Shown: one piece after another, positions 1-10,390 of the stretch
Layout: each line of letters starts with the position of its first letter
Position numbering within the stretch: the stretch's first letter is position 1
Assembly (NCBI GenBank): GCA_963845755.1
Contig: CAWJTV010000020.1
Location: 576,001 to 640,000 of the forward strand
DNA: 64,000 bases
Source of the DNA: an uncultured Planctomycetota bacterium
GTDB taxonomy: Bacteria; Planctomycetota; Planctomycetia; Isosphaerales; Isosphaeraceae
Reading direction: 5' to 3'
Notes under the pieces: model-generated
Database searches by the model: none
Seen by the model: only the letters and a program-made list of their open reading frames with translations
Told to the model about the DNA's origin: nothing
Position numbers and translations under genes: made by a program

Positions 1-99
1 CGACGTAGTAGAGATAGTTATGCCGGTTCAGATCGCCCCGCAGTCGCGCGGCCTCGCGCTCGATGTCCTTACTCGCCATGGCCGGCCCTCCCGCGACCT

Positions 100-408
100 T
101 TACGACTCGCCCGTCCGCTCCTTAGACTTCGCTCGTGACGAGAACCAAGAATCGGTCGCCATGCCCAGGATTCCTGCCAGCAGCATGACGATAAACTCAG
201 CACCGAGCGTCAACGGACCATTACGGTCGAACCACTCGGCCATCTTGATCGAGCCCGGGCCGGGCTTCTGGGCTGCGGGGCCGGGCTCGAGGACAAAGGG
301 ACTCATCAGGTAACCCAGGACGGTCAACACAAACAGCAGGCTCGTCGCGAGCAGAACCACAAAGAAGGGATTCGACAAGATCTCCCGACCGCGTGTCTGC
401 CCTGACAT
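100..408 (-). CDS. small two-TM membrane protein, hypothetical
   Basis: ORF from MSGQTRG with two hydrophobic segments (NPFFVVLLATSLLFVLTVLGYLM; LTLGAEFIVMLLAGILGMA); directly downstream of ndk. Confidence 0.6.
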   Translation of the reverse strand: MSGQTRGREILSNPFFVVLLATSLLFVLTVLGYLMSPFVLEPGPAAQKPGPGSIKMAEWFDRNGPLTLGAEFIVMLLAGILGMATDSWFSSRAKSKERTGES

Positions 409-470
409 GATCGATTCGTCCTGGCCCTTTCCTCTGGAGTGCCATGGTCCTCGGTCGGCTCGAACCGCTC

Positions 471-926
471 TCACAAGCCGGCAGAGACCCAGTTTTCGCC
501 GTCGATCGCGTAATCCAGGACCTCGTCGGGCCGGAACCAGAGTGCGATCTCGCGATGGGCCGACTCAGGACTGTCACTGCCGTGCATCAGGTTATTCTGC
601 TTGCTGATCGACAGATCGCCCCGGATGGTTCCCGGGGCGGCCGCGGCTCCGTTGGTTGCGCCCAGCATGGCCCGAACCACCGGGATCGCCTCATTGCCTT
701 CCAGGACCCCGACGATCACCGGCGCACTCGTGATGAAACCGATCAGGCCCTCGAAGAACGGCTTGCCGTGATGTTCGGCGTAATGTTTTTCGGCAAGCCC
801 GCGGTCAACGCGGATGAGTTTCAGGGCCGCGACTCGTAAGCCCTTCGCCTCGAAGCGTTGCAGGATCGTGCCGACCAACCGGCGCTGGACACAATCCGGT
901 TTGAAGATGATCAGGGTTCGTTGCAT
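471..926 (-). CDS. ndk: nucleoside diphosphate kinase
   Basis: MQRTLIIFKPDCVQRRLVG...HYAEH.GKPFF...PGTIRGD...NLMHGSDS are classic NDK motifs; ATG at 926. Confidence 0.97.
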   Translation of the reverse strand: MQRTLIIFKPDCVQRRLVGTILQRFEAKGLRVAALKLIRVDRGLAEKHYAEHHGKPFFEGLIGFITSAPVIVGVLEGNEAIPVVRAMLGATNGAAAAPGTIRGDLSISKQNNLMHGSDSPESAHREIALWFRPDEVLDYAIDGENWVSAGL

Positions 927-1003
927 GGAACTCGAAGTCTTTCGCAGCGTTATGATGATCCGATCCGGCCTGTAGTTTATGCCGCTGGGGCGTCCGTGCA
1001 ACC

Positions 1004-1471
1004 TCAAGCATCGCCGATCGCCTCGCCCGGCTCGACGAGTCGCCAGGGGAGTTCCTCGTATGAGGTGGGATCAAGCCGCCAGATGCGGACGACGGGGGTT
1101 TCATCGAGCAGAGATACGATGATCCGGGGTACTGGCCCGTAATAGTTCTCCTGGAGGTCGATCCGGCTCGGGATGGCCTCACACTCCGGATGGGAGTGAT
1201 AGATTGCCAGAATGTTCAGCTTCCGCTCGCGGAGCGTCCTGTCGACTTCGATCAAATCATGAGGGTCGGCATAGTAGCGCGTGGATCGGGTCTCGATGTC
1301 CGCGATGTTCCGTAGGGGCAGGAACAACGTGACCCTCTGGGCGAGCCCCGCGAGAATGCCGCAGCACTCCATCGGCGCCTCGCGTAAACAATGCGCCACC
1401 ATCGCGTCGTGGAGATTGCGAGGAATATCCAGGAGAATCGATTCGGGGATATCGGCGGATGTCTCGTTCAA
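1004..1471 (-). CDS. M67 family JAB/MPN+ metallopeptidase (Mec-like)
   Basis: PMECCGILAG and IYHSHPECEAIPSRID (JAMM HxH-x7-S-x2-D motif). Confidence 0.9.
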   Translation of the reverse strand: MNETSADIPESILLDIPRNLHDAMVAHCLREAPMECCGILAGLAQRVTLFLPLRNIADIETRSTRYYADPHDLIEVDRTLRERKLNILAIYHSHPECEAIPSRIDLQENYYGPVPRIIVSLLDETPVVRIWRLDPTSYEELPWRLVEPGEAIGDA

Positions 1472-1534
1472 CGCTCTTTAACCGCAGGGGAGCCGTCGCG
1501 GAACACTATGGCTGGGCCACGACCCTCGCCATCT

Positions 1535-2504
1535 TCATTCCGGGAACAAGGGTGTGGAGAGATAGCGTTCGCCGAGATCGGGAAGGATGACGACCACGAG
1601 TTTACCGGCATTCACAGGGCGGGAGGCCACCTCGATGGCCCCGACGGTGGCCGCGCCGCAGGAGATCCCGCAAAGCATTCCTTCTTCGCGCCAGCCGCCG
1701 AGCCATTTCGAAGGCATCCTCATCGCGGACCGTGACGACCTCGTCGATGACGGCCGTGTTCAACACGTCCGGGATGAAACCCGCACCGAGTCCCTGGATC
1801 TTGTGCGGTCCGGGGCGGAGGGGTTCGTTGCGCCGCAACTGGCCGATGACCGGCGAGGTCAACGGCTCGACGGCGATCATCTGGATCGTGGACTTGCGGT
1901 TCTTCAGGACTTCACCGCATCCCGTGATGGTGCCACCAGTGCCGACCCCACTGACCACGAAATCGACCTTGCCGTCGGTGTCGCGCCAGATCTCCTCGGC
2001 CGTCGTGCGGCGGTGGATCTCGGGGTTGGCGGGATTCTTGAACTGCTGCGGCATGAAGGCGTGCGGGGTGTTCTTCACCAGCTCCTCGGCCCTCCGGACA
2101 GCACCCGGCATACCCTCGGATGCCGGTGTGAGCACGATCTCGGCCCCGAACGCCTTCAGCAGCCGACGCCGTTCCAGGCTCATGCTCTCCGGCATCGTCA
2201 CGATCAGCCGGTATCCGCGAGCCGCGCACGTGAATGCCAGCGCGATGCCCGTATTTCCACTCGTGGGTTCAACGATCACCGTCTCGGGAGTGATCCGGCC
2301 CGCAGCTTCGGCCGCGTTGATCATCGACACCCCGATGCGATCCTTCACTGACCAGAGCGGATTGAAGTTCTCAAGTTTCGCGACCACGTCGGCGTGACAC
2401 CCTCGCACGACGCGCCGCAGGCGAATCAGCGGCGTGTTGCCGATCGTCTGCGTAATGTCATCATAAATCCGCCCGCGAAAGGAATTCGTCTCGACCGTCG
2501 GCAT
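1535..2504 (-). CDS. cysK: cysteine synthase A (frameshift near 1685)
   Basis: [36 protein letters not shown]; the C-terminus [12 protein letters not shown]...[14 protein letters not shown] is in a second frame. Confidence 0.93.
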
Positions 2505-2878
2505 GATTCCCTGCCTCCTCAATCGCACGTCCAGGTACGGGACACCCGTCCGCACCATTGACGTCAACACGAAGATCGCACCTTCGGAAGGTCTTTCGCG
2601 GCGGTGACCGAATCTCACGAGGTTGGTTCTCGATGGCACAGTCACCCAGAGGTACCGATCATCCTAGACGACAAACTCGGCTCGAACAAGCTCATTGGCA
2701 CCTAATCCTCGAGTCTTCGGTCCTGAGCCTGGACTTCCAGAGCGAACGGGTTTGATCGCGGTGGTGTGAGTAACCTCAGCACTCGGCGCTGGGCACGGGT
2801 CTCCTGACCTCGTGCGGGGACCGAACAAAGGTCTTCTCCCCTCGACGCCCATGTGATTCTCCTCAAGAGCGTCGCGCG

Positions 2879-3988
2879 TTACCGAATTGCCAGAGGTCGG
2901 AGAGTGAATCCAGCCGCGGCACCCTTGATCTTGTTGACCGCGGCGATATAGCAGAACGTATAGGCTCTGGACTTACTGAGCCCTTCCAGGTTGTGGAGCT
3001 CGCCAAGGTGGACGCCTTGGTCGACGAGGAGATAGCGATGAACGGGGATGCCGGTCCCGGGCGAATCGGCTGGGGGATTGACCTCGTAACCGCTGGTATC
3101 TGAGCCGACCATGATGACTCCTTGATCCTCGACCAGCCAGCGAGTGGCGGCGAGGTCGGGGCCTGCCGAGTCGTGCGCGGCGATCTTCGCATGATCGGCG
3201 CCGTCCTCGCCCCAATACCGGGCGGTGCCAGTACGGACCAGGACGACATCACCCGGGACGAGAGTCACCCCCTCCCAGGCCAGGGTGTCCTGGAGATCTC
3301 GGGTCGAGATCCGCGTGTGGCCCGGCAGCGCCTCGACCTTCTTGTAGGCTGCCACATCGATCAGAACTCCGCGGGCGATGATCGGCGGAATCGTCGAGGC
3401 GTCACATTTTCGAGGACCCCAGTCCCCACCCCATTCCGACTCCTTGAAACCGTTGTACCAGTGGTAGTCGAGACCGGCCGTGATGTGGCCCAGTCCATCG
3501 ATCTGGGTCGCCACGTTATCGGAGATGAACAAGGCGGCCGAATGCCAGTAGACGTGGTCGGTATTCTGATCGGCCGGCGGCGCGTCGGGGTCCTGCATCC
3601 GATGAACGCCGTCAGGGCTGCGGAACGTGATGATCTCGCCCGGACTATGGCCCGAGAACTTGTAACTGCGCCGGCTGTACGGCAAGCCCAGATCGAACAC
3701 CTCGCCTCGGGTCGCGAGTAAGAGTGCCGCGGACCTCGACCGATTCGAAAGGGCGTTCAGAGAGCCGATCTCATCGTCCTTCCCCCAAATCCAGCCCCAC
3801 CCCTTCCCCTTCTTCCAGCCTGCGATCGTTTCTTCCTGGGCCGACTCGGTTGCGGTGCGGCTCGCCTCTTCGCGTCGATTAGCGGTTTCGGCGGCGCCAC
3901 GCTCGCCTGGCGCAATGACCAGTCCACTCCCCAGCACACATCCCAGTCCCAGTACCGCCAGCGTTCTCATCATTTTCCCAACGCTCAT
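2879..3988 (-). CDS. exported cyclase-family (kynurenine formamidase-like) metal-dependent hydrolase
   Basis: WGKDDEIGSLN, TQIDGLGH, IARGVLIDV, GDVVLVRTG, VGSDT, VHRYLL, ELHNLE; N-terminal signal peptide; GGAGG RBS. Confidence 0.85.
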   Translation of the reverse strand: MSVGKMMRTLAVLGLGCVLGSGLVIAPGERGAAETANRREEASRTATESAQEETIAGWKKGKGWGWIWGKDDEIGSLNALSNRSRSAALLLATRGEVFDLGLPYSRRSYKFSGHSPGEIITFRSPDGVHRMQDPDAPPADQNTDHVYWHSAALFISDNVATQIDGLGHITAGLDYHWYNGFKESEWGGDWGPRKCDASTIPPIIARGVLIDVAAYKKVEALPGHTRISTRDLQDTLAWEGVTLVPGDVVLVRTGTARYWGEDGADHAKIAAHDSAGPDLAATRWLVEDQGVIMVGSDTSGYEVNPPADSPGTGIPVHRYLLVDQGVHLGELHNLEGLSKSRAYTFCYIAAVNKIKGAAAGFTLRPLAIR

Positions 3989-4393
3989 GATTCTCACCCT
4001 CCGAGATCGCGATCGCCGCGGATCCCCTGGAGGGGAATCCGGCAAGAGCAGGCTTCCTGATAGCCCAGACGACAAGCGAGGATTCTAGGCGTCGCAAAGA
4101 ACGGCCGCAATCCTCACGACGATTCTGGAATGCAATAAACACTCGAACCGAGATTTCCTCGTGAAGGCCGTTCTGCTCGGCTGCCTCTGACCATCCCGGC
4201 AGTCTGGCGCTGTTCGTGGAAGCCACGCTGGTCGCTCCCTACGGGACTCGGTAAAGAAACATCGTGCAAGCCGACCCGGGACCATGGATTGATGTCCAGG
4301 GACCAATGGATTTCTTGCAGCAGACGAAGCAGGAGTCGTAGAATAGCCGCCATGGGTCATGAAGGTTTGGTTTGCAAACCGGCAGGAGCAGGA

Positions 4394-5338
4394 ATGGGCG
4401 ACAACTTGCAGAACTCTCTGGAATCGACACGACGAGGCTCAGTGGTAAGCGAAGGCGCGACGAGTTCGTCAGAACCTCAAGCGGAGGCCGGCCACACGGG
4501 ACATCGTCCATCGGCCTCGGCTCAGGCCCCTGCGACATTAGTGCCCGAAACAGGATGGCATTTCCTCCATCTCTTCTACCAGGTCGATCGCTCGCGGCTT
4601 GGCGACATGTCGCCGGGACAAAGAGAGCAGGGACTCGAGGACTTGAGGCGAATCCTCGGAGCGAAGGCCCCCGGGGGGCCGGAGCAATTCCAGTGCTTCG
4701 CCGTGCCCGGCCACAAGGCCGATTTCGGGATCGTCATGGCCGGTCCCAATCTCCGTGGCGTTCACGACGTCCAGATGTCCATTCAAGCCTCGAGCCTGGG
4801 GCCGGCGCTCAGGCCCTCGTATTCGTTCTATTCGATTACCGAGATCTCGGAGTACGTTCCCGACGCCGAGCAATACGGAGGGATCCTCCGGAATCGCGAG
4901 GGTCTCGATCCGGAGAGCCCCACCTACAAGACGAAGCTGGCAGCGTATGCCGATCGGCTCGTGCCAATGAATCGACAACGGCTTTATCCCGAGTTCCCGA
5001 ACTGGCCTTGTCTTTGCTTTTATCCCATGAGCAAGATGCGCAATGCCGAACAGAACTGGTATCTGTTGCCATTCGAGGCTCGAGCCGAATTGATGTCGCA
5101 CCACGCCCGAAGCGGGATGAAATTCGCGGGGAGGGTGTCGCAGTTGATCACCGCATCGACGGGCCTGGACGACTGGGAATGGGGTGTGACCCTCTGGGGA
5201 CGCAATCCTTCGTATCTCAAGGAGATCGTCTACACGATGCGGTTCGACGAAAGCTCGGCCAAGTATGCGCTCTTCGGCGACTTCTATTTCGGGTATATCC
5301 TTCCGCCGGATGAATTGCTCGAAGCCGTCCGGCTTTGA
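4394..5338 (+). CDS. hemQ: chlorite dismutase-family heme protein, coproheme decarboxylase (HemQ/ChdC-like)
   Basis: GWHFLHLFY, GHKADF, CFYPMSK, NWYLLP..R..LM.HH, STGLDDWEWGVTL, MRFDESSAKYA; start codon uncertain. Confidence 0.8.
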   Translation: MGDNLQNSLESTRRGSVVSEGATSSSEPQAEAGHTGHRPSASAQAPATLVPETGWHFLHLFYQVDRSRLGDMSPGQREQGLEDLRRILGAKAPGGPEQFQCFAVPGHKADFGIVMAGPNLRGVHDVQMSIQASSLGPALRPSYSFYSITEISEYVPDAEQYGGILRNREGLDPESPTYKTKLAAYADRLVPMNRQRLYPEFPNWPCLCFYPMSKMRNAEQNWYLLPFEARAELMSHHARSGMKFAGRVSQLITASTGLDDWEWGVTLWGRNPSYLKEIVYTMRFDESSAKYALFGDFYFGYILPPDELLEAVRL

Positions 5339-5367
5339 AGATCGGGCGTTTTCAAGGCGGACAGACT

Positions 5368-5988
5368 ATGTCAGAAGGCGACATCGAGAGTCGATCCGGT
5401 CCTCAGCCGGTCATGGTCCTGGCGAGCACGTCCACGTACCGACGGGCCCAACTCGAGCGGCTGGGCGTTCCTTTCCGTTGGCGTGCGCCGTTGTGCGATG
5501 AGTCCGAGTTGCAGAGGACGGCGACAGACACGGAGCCCCGCCTTCTGGCCGAGAAACTGGCTTTCGCCAAGGCATCGAGCCTCTGTGGCCAGGAACCCGA
5601 GGCCGCGATCGTCGGTTGCGATCAGCTCGTTTCCTTCGAAGGCCGGGTCTATGGCAAGCCGGGGACGGCGGAGCGAGCGATCGCACAACTCGCCGCGATG
5701 TCCGGAAAGACCCACGACCTGATCACCGCTCTCGTCGTGATCCGAGGCGGCGATACATACCGCCATACCGATATTACGAGACTCCGGATGCGTCTGCTGG
5801 CTCGCGATGCTATCGAGCGCTACGTCGTCATCGATCAGCCGACAGATTGTGCCGGGAGCTACAAACTGGAATCGCGAGGGATCGTACTCTTCGACCGGAT
5901 CGAAAGCGACGATCAGAGCGCCATTACCGGCCTCCCGCTCATGGCGCTCGTGACCATCCTTCGCAAGTTGGGCTTCGCCATCCCATAA
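5368..5988 (+). CDS. maf: Maf family nucleotide pyrophosphatase (YceF-like)
   Basis: LASTSTYRR, GCDQ, GKPG, DCAGSYKLE, AITGLPL. Confidence 0.9.
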   Translation: MSEGDIESRSGPQPVMVLASTSTYRRAQLERLGVPFRWRAPLCDESELQRTATDTEPRLLAEKLAFAKASSLCGQEPEAAIVGCDQLVSFEGRVYGKPGTAERAIAQLAAMSGKTHDLITALVVIRGGDTYRHTDITRLRMRLLARDAIERYVVIDQPTDCAGSYKLESRGIVLFDRIESDDQSAITGLPLMALVTILRKLGFAIP

Positions 5989-6140
5989 GGGCCGTCGATC
6001 GGCTGGCCTATCCTTCCCCATTTCATACGGAAGCACCATGACTTGCCGCGGCCCGCGCGTTCAACTCTGGTGAGAGGAATGACCCAGCCGACGTCTCCCC
6101 GAACCTTCGCCCGAACGGCCGAGATAAGCCAGGAGTCCAC

Positions 6141-7187
6141 ATGCGATATTGGCAAATAATCCTCATAGCAATAACGCTCATCTCTCCGCTGAGGGTGATT
6201 GCGGAATCGGATCAGTCCGGAAGATCCCCGGACCAGGACCTGCCGCCACACATCACGCGTCTGACGCTCTTCGGCGAGCGCGCGGACTGGTCGCGCGACG
6301 GCCGGAAGATCTTGTTCCTCGAGAAGACCTTCGGCGATGCCTACGAGATGGACGTCGAAACGAGTCGGCCGCGTCTCCTTACCGGCCATTACCCCCATTT
6401 CGGGTATACCCGAGCGCTCTACCTCGCTAATGGCGATATCCTGCTCTCGGGACCGGAGCAATTCGACCCGAAGAATCCCGCACCCAGCCGAGCCCAGTGC
6501 TTCTTGTACGTCCTGGACGGGAGCGGCACCAAGCCCCCTCTCCCGCTTGGTACGAAGTGTTCGGAAGGACCGGCGGTCTCTCGCAAGCGGATGCACATCG
6601 CCTGGACTCACGTGGCTGTCCAGTATCCGGAGGAGATGCCACCCGGCACATCCCGGATTTACGAGGCGGACATTGTCTACGAGGGCGGGACTGCGAAGCT
6701 TGCCAACCAGAGACTTGTACTGGATAGCCGCGACCTCGCGTTCCGCTGCACGATGGAGTCACAGAACTTTCGCCCATCGTACGAGAACGAGCTGATCTTC
6801 AGCGCTTACGGGTATCAGGGCACGGATGTCTTCGGCGTCGACCTGGCGACGCGGAAGGTCGTGAACTACTCGGATGCACCGGACCAGTACGATGAGCCAG
6901 AGGGCATCTTCCCCGACGGTCGCGGGATCTGCGTCGAGTCCGACCGCGAGAGCCCGAACGGGAAGGGACCCGGGCATGTGGACATCTGGAAGCTTTCCCT
7001 CGATGGCCGCGGTGAGTGGAAGCGGCTGACTCAGTTCAACACGTACGCCGGTTACAAGGCGTCAAACCCGGTCATCAGCGACGATGGCAAGTTCATGGCG
7101 TTTCAGATGGCCCGGTCGCGCGACCCGGCGGGCGTCGGTTACGGCATCTTCCTCTACGACTTCGCCAGGGCCGCCCAGCGGAAATGA
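6141..7187 (+). CDS. exported TolB/PD40-like beta-propeller protein
   Basis: signal peptide; WSRDGRKILF, EGIFPDG, NPVISDDGKFMAF repeats. Confidence 0.7.
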   Translation: MRYWQIILIAITLISPLRVIAESDQSGRSPDQDLPPHITRLTLFGERADWSRDGRKILFLEKTFGDAYEMDVETSRPRLLTGHYPHFGYTRALYLANGDILLSGPEQFDPKNPAPSRAQCFLYVLDGSGTKPPLPLGTKCSEGPAVSRKRMHIAWTHVAVQYPEEMPPGTSRIYEADIVYEGGTAKLANQRLVLDSRDLAFRCTMESQNFRPSYENELIFSAYGYQGTDVFGVDLATRKVVNYSDAPDQYDEPEGIFPDGRGICVESDRESPNGKGPGHVDIWKLSLDGRGEWKRLTQFNTYAGYKASNPVISDDGKFMAFQMARSRDPAGVGYGIFLYDFARAAQRK

Positions 7188-7286
7188 GAGCAGCTTATTG
7201 GCGATTGTGGGCTCGGGCTCGAACGGACGTGACTCGATACGGCCGTTCGATGCGGCGCTGGCCCTCCGGTCGAAACCCGTGGGTTC

Positions 7287-9488
7287 TCAGAGATCGATCG
7301 CCACGACCTCATGGTCGAGAATCGATGGAACGGTCAGAGTCAGCCGCGTGCCATCCCGGTTGATGGGCAAGTCCCGGTCCGCCACGAGGAGGTGGACCCG
7401 TCTTACCGGGGATCCCTCGGGAAGCCGGAGGACGACCTTCTGTTCCCCGGTGGGGATCAACTCGCGGATTGGACCCTTCATCATCATGGGGTTCGTCAGA
7501 TTGACCAGGTGCACGGTCATCGAGGCCTTCTGCCGCCAGACAGTCACGTCGAGCACGCCGGGGCCCGTGACGCGTACCGTCGGCTCTTCATTCGTCGCCC
7601 AGTGGACCGCGTTACGAAGCAAGAAGCCGTGGTCGATCGCAAGGATCTCCCAGAAGATGCGGTCGATGTCCCATGGGAAAAAGACGATGCGGCTTGGTCC
7701 GACCTCGCGGAGGTATAACTCGGCAACGTCGGTCTTCGGCACGCGCGGATAGACCTTTTCCATCGGCAGGTCGGGGTAGCTGGGGATCAGTGTCAGCGGA
7801 GCCTGAGGAAACTGCTGGCGGGGTTTGACGTCGAGCCGATAAGTTCCGTGAATGATGCGCGTGGCATCATCAAGCCCGGTCAAGATGGGATGCCGCCGCC
7901 CGGTCGATTGATCGTCTTCCAACCGGAGGTACGCGTTCCGCATCGGACCCTCGACACGCCCGCGCGAGGAGACCCCGAAGAGATCAGCCAGGCCGAAGTC
8001 CTGGCGACGCACGCCCCACTCGTTGTAGAGCGAGGTCTCGAAGGTCGCCACGAGACTCCCGCCGTGGTCCACGAATGCGCGGATCTGTCGGCACTGCTCG
8101 TCGGACAGAGCGGCGATATTCGGCAAGATGAGGGTCTTGAATCGGTTCAGATGGACGGCATCGAGGAGTCGGTCATGAACCATTTCGAAGGGGACCCGGG
8201 CCTCGACGAGAGCCTGATACCATCCCAGCGCATGGTCCTCGACTTTCGTCCTGGCATGAGGACCGCCATAGAACCAGGCGGTCTGTTGCGAGTAGACGAG
8301 CCCGACCCGAGCCAAGGACTCGGTATTCCGCAAGTAGCCTTCAACCCCGTCATGCCACTGGTAAATCCGCTCGACGACACCAAGCCAGCGCCGATCGTGG
8401 ATCGTGCCGGAGAACTTGGTGAACCAGGGCCGCAGCCCATTGGCGATCCCGTCGGCGACCCAGATGCGGATTTCCGCCTCACCCTGGACCGAATCTTTCC
8501 AGCGATATGCTTCCTCCACACCCACGCTGAAGATGCCCCCGACGGGTTTGGAGCCCATCGTGGCGCGGTATTCCTTGGCGCTCTTGCCGATGGCCCAGGG
8601 GGGAATCGCACCACTCCGCGCCTGCCGGTCGGCGAATAGAGTCGGTGCCAGTTCCCCGATGACTTTCATGTCGAGGAGGCTCGTCGCGCCGCCGCCGGCG
8701 TTCGGTATCACGCACGAGTCGGGATGGATTCGCCGGACCTCGGTGTCCCAGAGTCGCCACAGGTCGAAGAGGCGCTGTTGTTGCCAGAGCAGATGAGCTC
8801 GTCGCGAGGGATCCTGCGGGTCGTCGGTTCGCGGCAATTCATGACCGGTGGCGGCCTTGAAGTTGTCGCGGCAGTGACCACAAAAGCACATGCCGGAGCC
8901 TGCCCACCGGTTGATGAAGATCCCGTCGACGCGGTAGCGGGTCATGATCTCCCGGTGCACCTCGGTCATCAACTCGAAGTTGTACGGCCCGAGGGCACAG
9001 GTTACCCACATCTCAGGAGAAGCCCAGTGACGCCGTTGCTGGCCGCGGGCGTCCACGGCGATCCAGTCCGGGTGGGCTTCGTGTACGTCGTCGTAGGTTG
9101 CATGCGGGTCGGTCCGTGCGAGGACGACCATGCCGAGTTCCCGGCACCCGGCGACCAGTTCACCAAATGGGTCGAGGTCCTCGAGCCACCGGCTACGGTG
9201 GTGGAGAGGCACCTTCGTGGGGTAATACGCGACGCACCCGCCGGCACTGAGGCAGACTCCATCGCTGCGCGTTCTTCGGAAGTAATCGAGCCAGAACTTG
9301 AGGTCGAATCGACCCGGGTCGTCCTCGACCAGAGTGAGTTGAGCCCAGCGCATAGGGCGATCGACCCAACTGGGCGCTGCGGCGATAGGCGACGTGGCCT
9401 GTCCGACGGAGCCTTCACCAATCGCAATCGCGGCCCCGGCCACGTTGCACGTCCTCAAGAAGGATCGTCGCGAAATGTCGGGCTGCAT
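7287..9488 (-). CDS. Tat-exported putative glycoside hydrolase with beta-galactosidase trimerization/GATase1-like domain
   Basis: SRRSFL Tat motif; AYYPT, HPDW, DGIFIN, CFCGHC; LILPNIAALSD...GGSLVATFETS. Confidence 0.75.
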   Translation of the reverse strand: MQPDISRRSFLRTCNVAGAAIAIGEGSVGQATSPIAAAPSWVDRPMRWAQLTLVEDDPGRFDLKFWLDYFRRTRSDGVCLSAGGCVAYYPTKVPLHHRSRWLEDLDPFGELVAGCRELGMVVLARTDPHATYDDVHEAHPDWIAVDARGQQRRHWASPEMWVTCALGPYNFELMTEVHREIMTRYRVDGIFINRWAGSGMCFCGHCRDNFKAATGHELPRTDDPQDPSRRAHLLWQQQRLFDLWRLWDTEVRRIHPDSCVIPNAGGGATSLLDMKVIGELAPTLFADRQARSGAIPPWAIGKSAKEYRATMGSKPVGGIFSVGVEEAYRWKDSVQGEAEIRIWVADGIANGLRPWFTKFSGTIHDRRWLGVVERIYQWHDGVEGYLRNTESLARVGLVYSQQTAWFYGGPHARTKVEDHALGWYQALVEARVPFEMVHDRLLDAVHLNRFKTLILPNIAALSDEQCRQIRAFVDHGGSLVATFETSLYNEWGVRRQDFGLADLFGVSSRGRVEGPMRNAYLRLEDDQSTGRRHPILTGLDDATRIIHGTYRLDVKPRQQFPQAPLTLIPSYPDLPMEKVYPRVPKTDVAELYLREVGPSRIVFFPWDIDRIFWEILAIDHGFLLRNAVHWATNEEPTVRVTGPGVLDVTVWRQKASMTVHLVNLTNPMMMKGPIRELIPTGEQKVVLRLPEGSPVRRVHLLVADRDLPINRDGTRLTLTVPSILDHEVVAIDL

Positions 9489-9762
9489 GTTCGATAGGCC
9501 TCCTGGCGATCCTCGCAAGCATTTCTCGCAAAGAACCGGGGCAATCTTGGCGGTACACCGATGGGGCGCCCCAGCACGACCTTATGGTAAGCTCCGCGCA
9601 CGATCCATGCGATGTCTCAGTGGGACGACCTTGTCCTTCGCCGATGCTCCGCAGTCGAACCGGTCGGCTGCTCCGACTCATTCCCGATGGCGTTCGAGTC
9701 GAGAGACCCTTGAAGGCGGGTCGAAGGGCCGTCATAATGAAGGTGGTGATGTTTCGACCCTT

Positions 9763-9836
9763 GTGCCCGTAGCTCAATTGGATAGAGCGTTAGCCTCCGG
9801 AGCTAAAGGTTACAGGTTCAACTCCTGTCGGGCATA
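9763..9836 (+). tRNA. tRNA-Arg (anticodon CCG)
   Basis: GTGCCCG/CGGGCAT acceptor stem, GCTC/GAGC D-stem, TTAGC-CTCCGGA-GCTAA anticodon arm, ACAGG-TTCAACT-CCTGT T-arm; CCA not encoded. Confidence 0.95.
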
Positions 9837-9945
9837 CTCAAGCCACGAAAAGACTTACCGTGAACGGCTCGGCCCATTTCCTACGACATTTCCAGTAGAC
9901 CCTACTGAAGCGTCCAGCGATGGCTGGTCGATGGGGAGGATACCC

Positions 9946-10059
9946 ATGTCGAAGAGTACTGGTCGTTTCCGGAGGCTGATCCACCGCAAGGCCTGTGGAC
10001 AAAGGGCCGTCCGGCTCGACCGCAAGGACATCTTCCGTGGACCCTTCAATTCCTCATGA
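9946..10059 (+). pseudogene. N-terminal relic of a tyrosine integrase
   Basis: GGAGG RBS then MSKSTGRFRRLIHRKACGQRAVRLDRKDIFRGPFNSS*, resembling the planctomycete integrase N-terminal pattern (HK.SGQAVV.L.G.D.YLG); about 110 bp after the tRNA 3' end. Confidence 0.55.
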
Positions 10060-10390
10060 CCTCCAACGCAACTCGCCGATCGGCCCGCCCTCCTGGAGGG
10101 TGATCGCCAGAGGAATCTGAGCCACGAGCTGATCACCACCTCGCTCGCTCACGCACCTCCGCCGCGAGCTGTCAGGGATCCGCTTCGACATGGCCCAGGC
10201 CCTGATCGCCGACGCCGCGGCCGATCCGGCGAGACTCGAAGACCTCTCCGGTCGGATCACGGCGTTCCGGCTCCCTTGTGACTGCCAGCGGCTGAGGCGA
10301 GTGGGGCGGTTCAAGTACGGGGAATGATGCGCTCTTCGGTGCTCGCAATCCCCTCCCGACCGGACTTGGGCTGCGAACTTGGAGGATCTG

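Noticed and set aside
2520..2700. Possible SAM-type riboswitch upstream of cysK
   Set aside because: There is some pairing potential (CCATCGA...TCAATGG; CACC/GGTG), but the GCAACC and closing GAT core do not match. An Rfam/Infernal scan would be needed.
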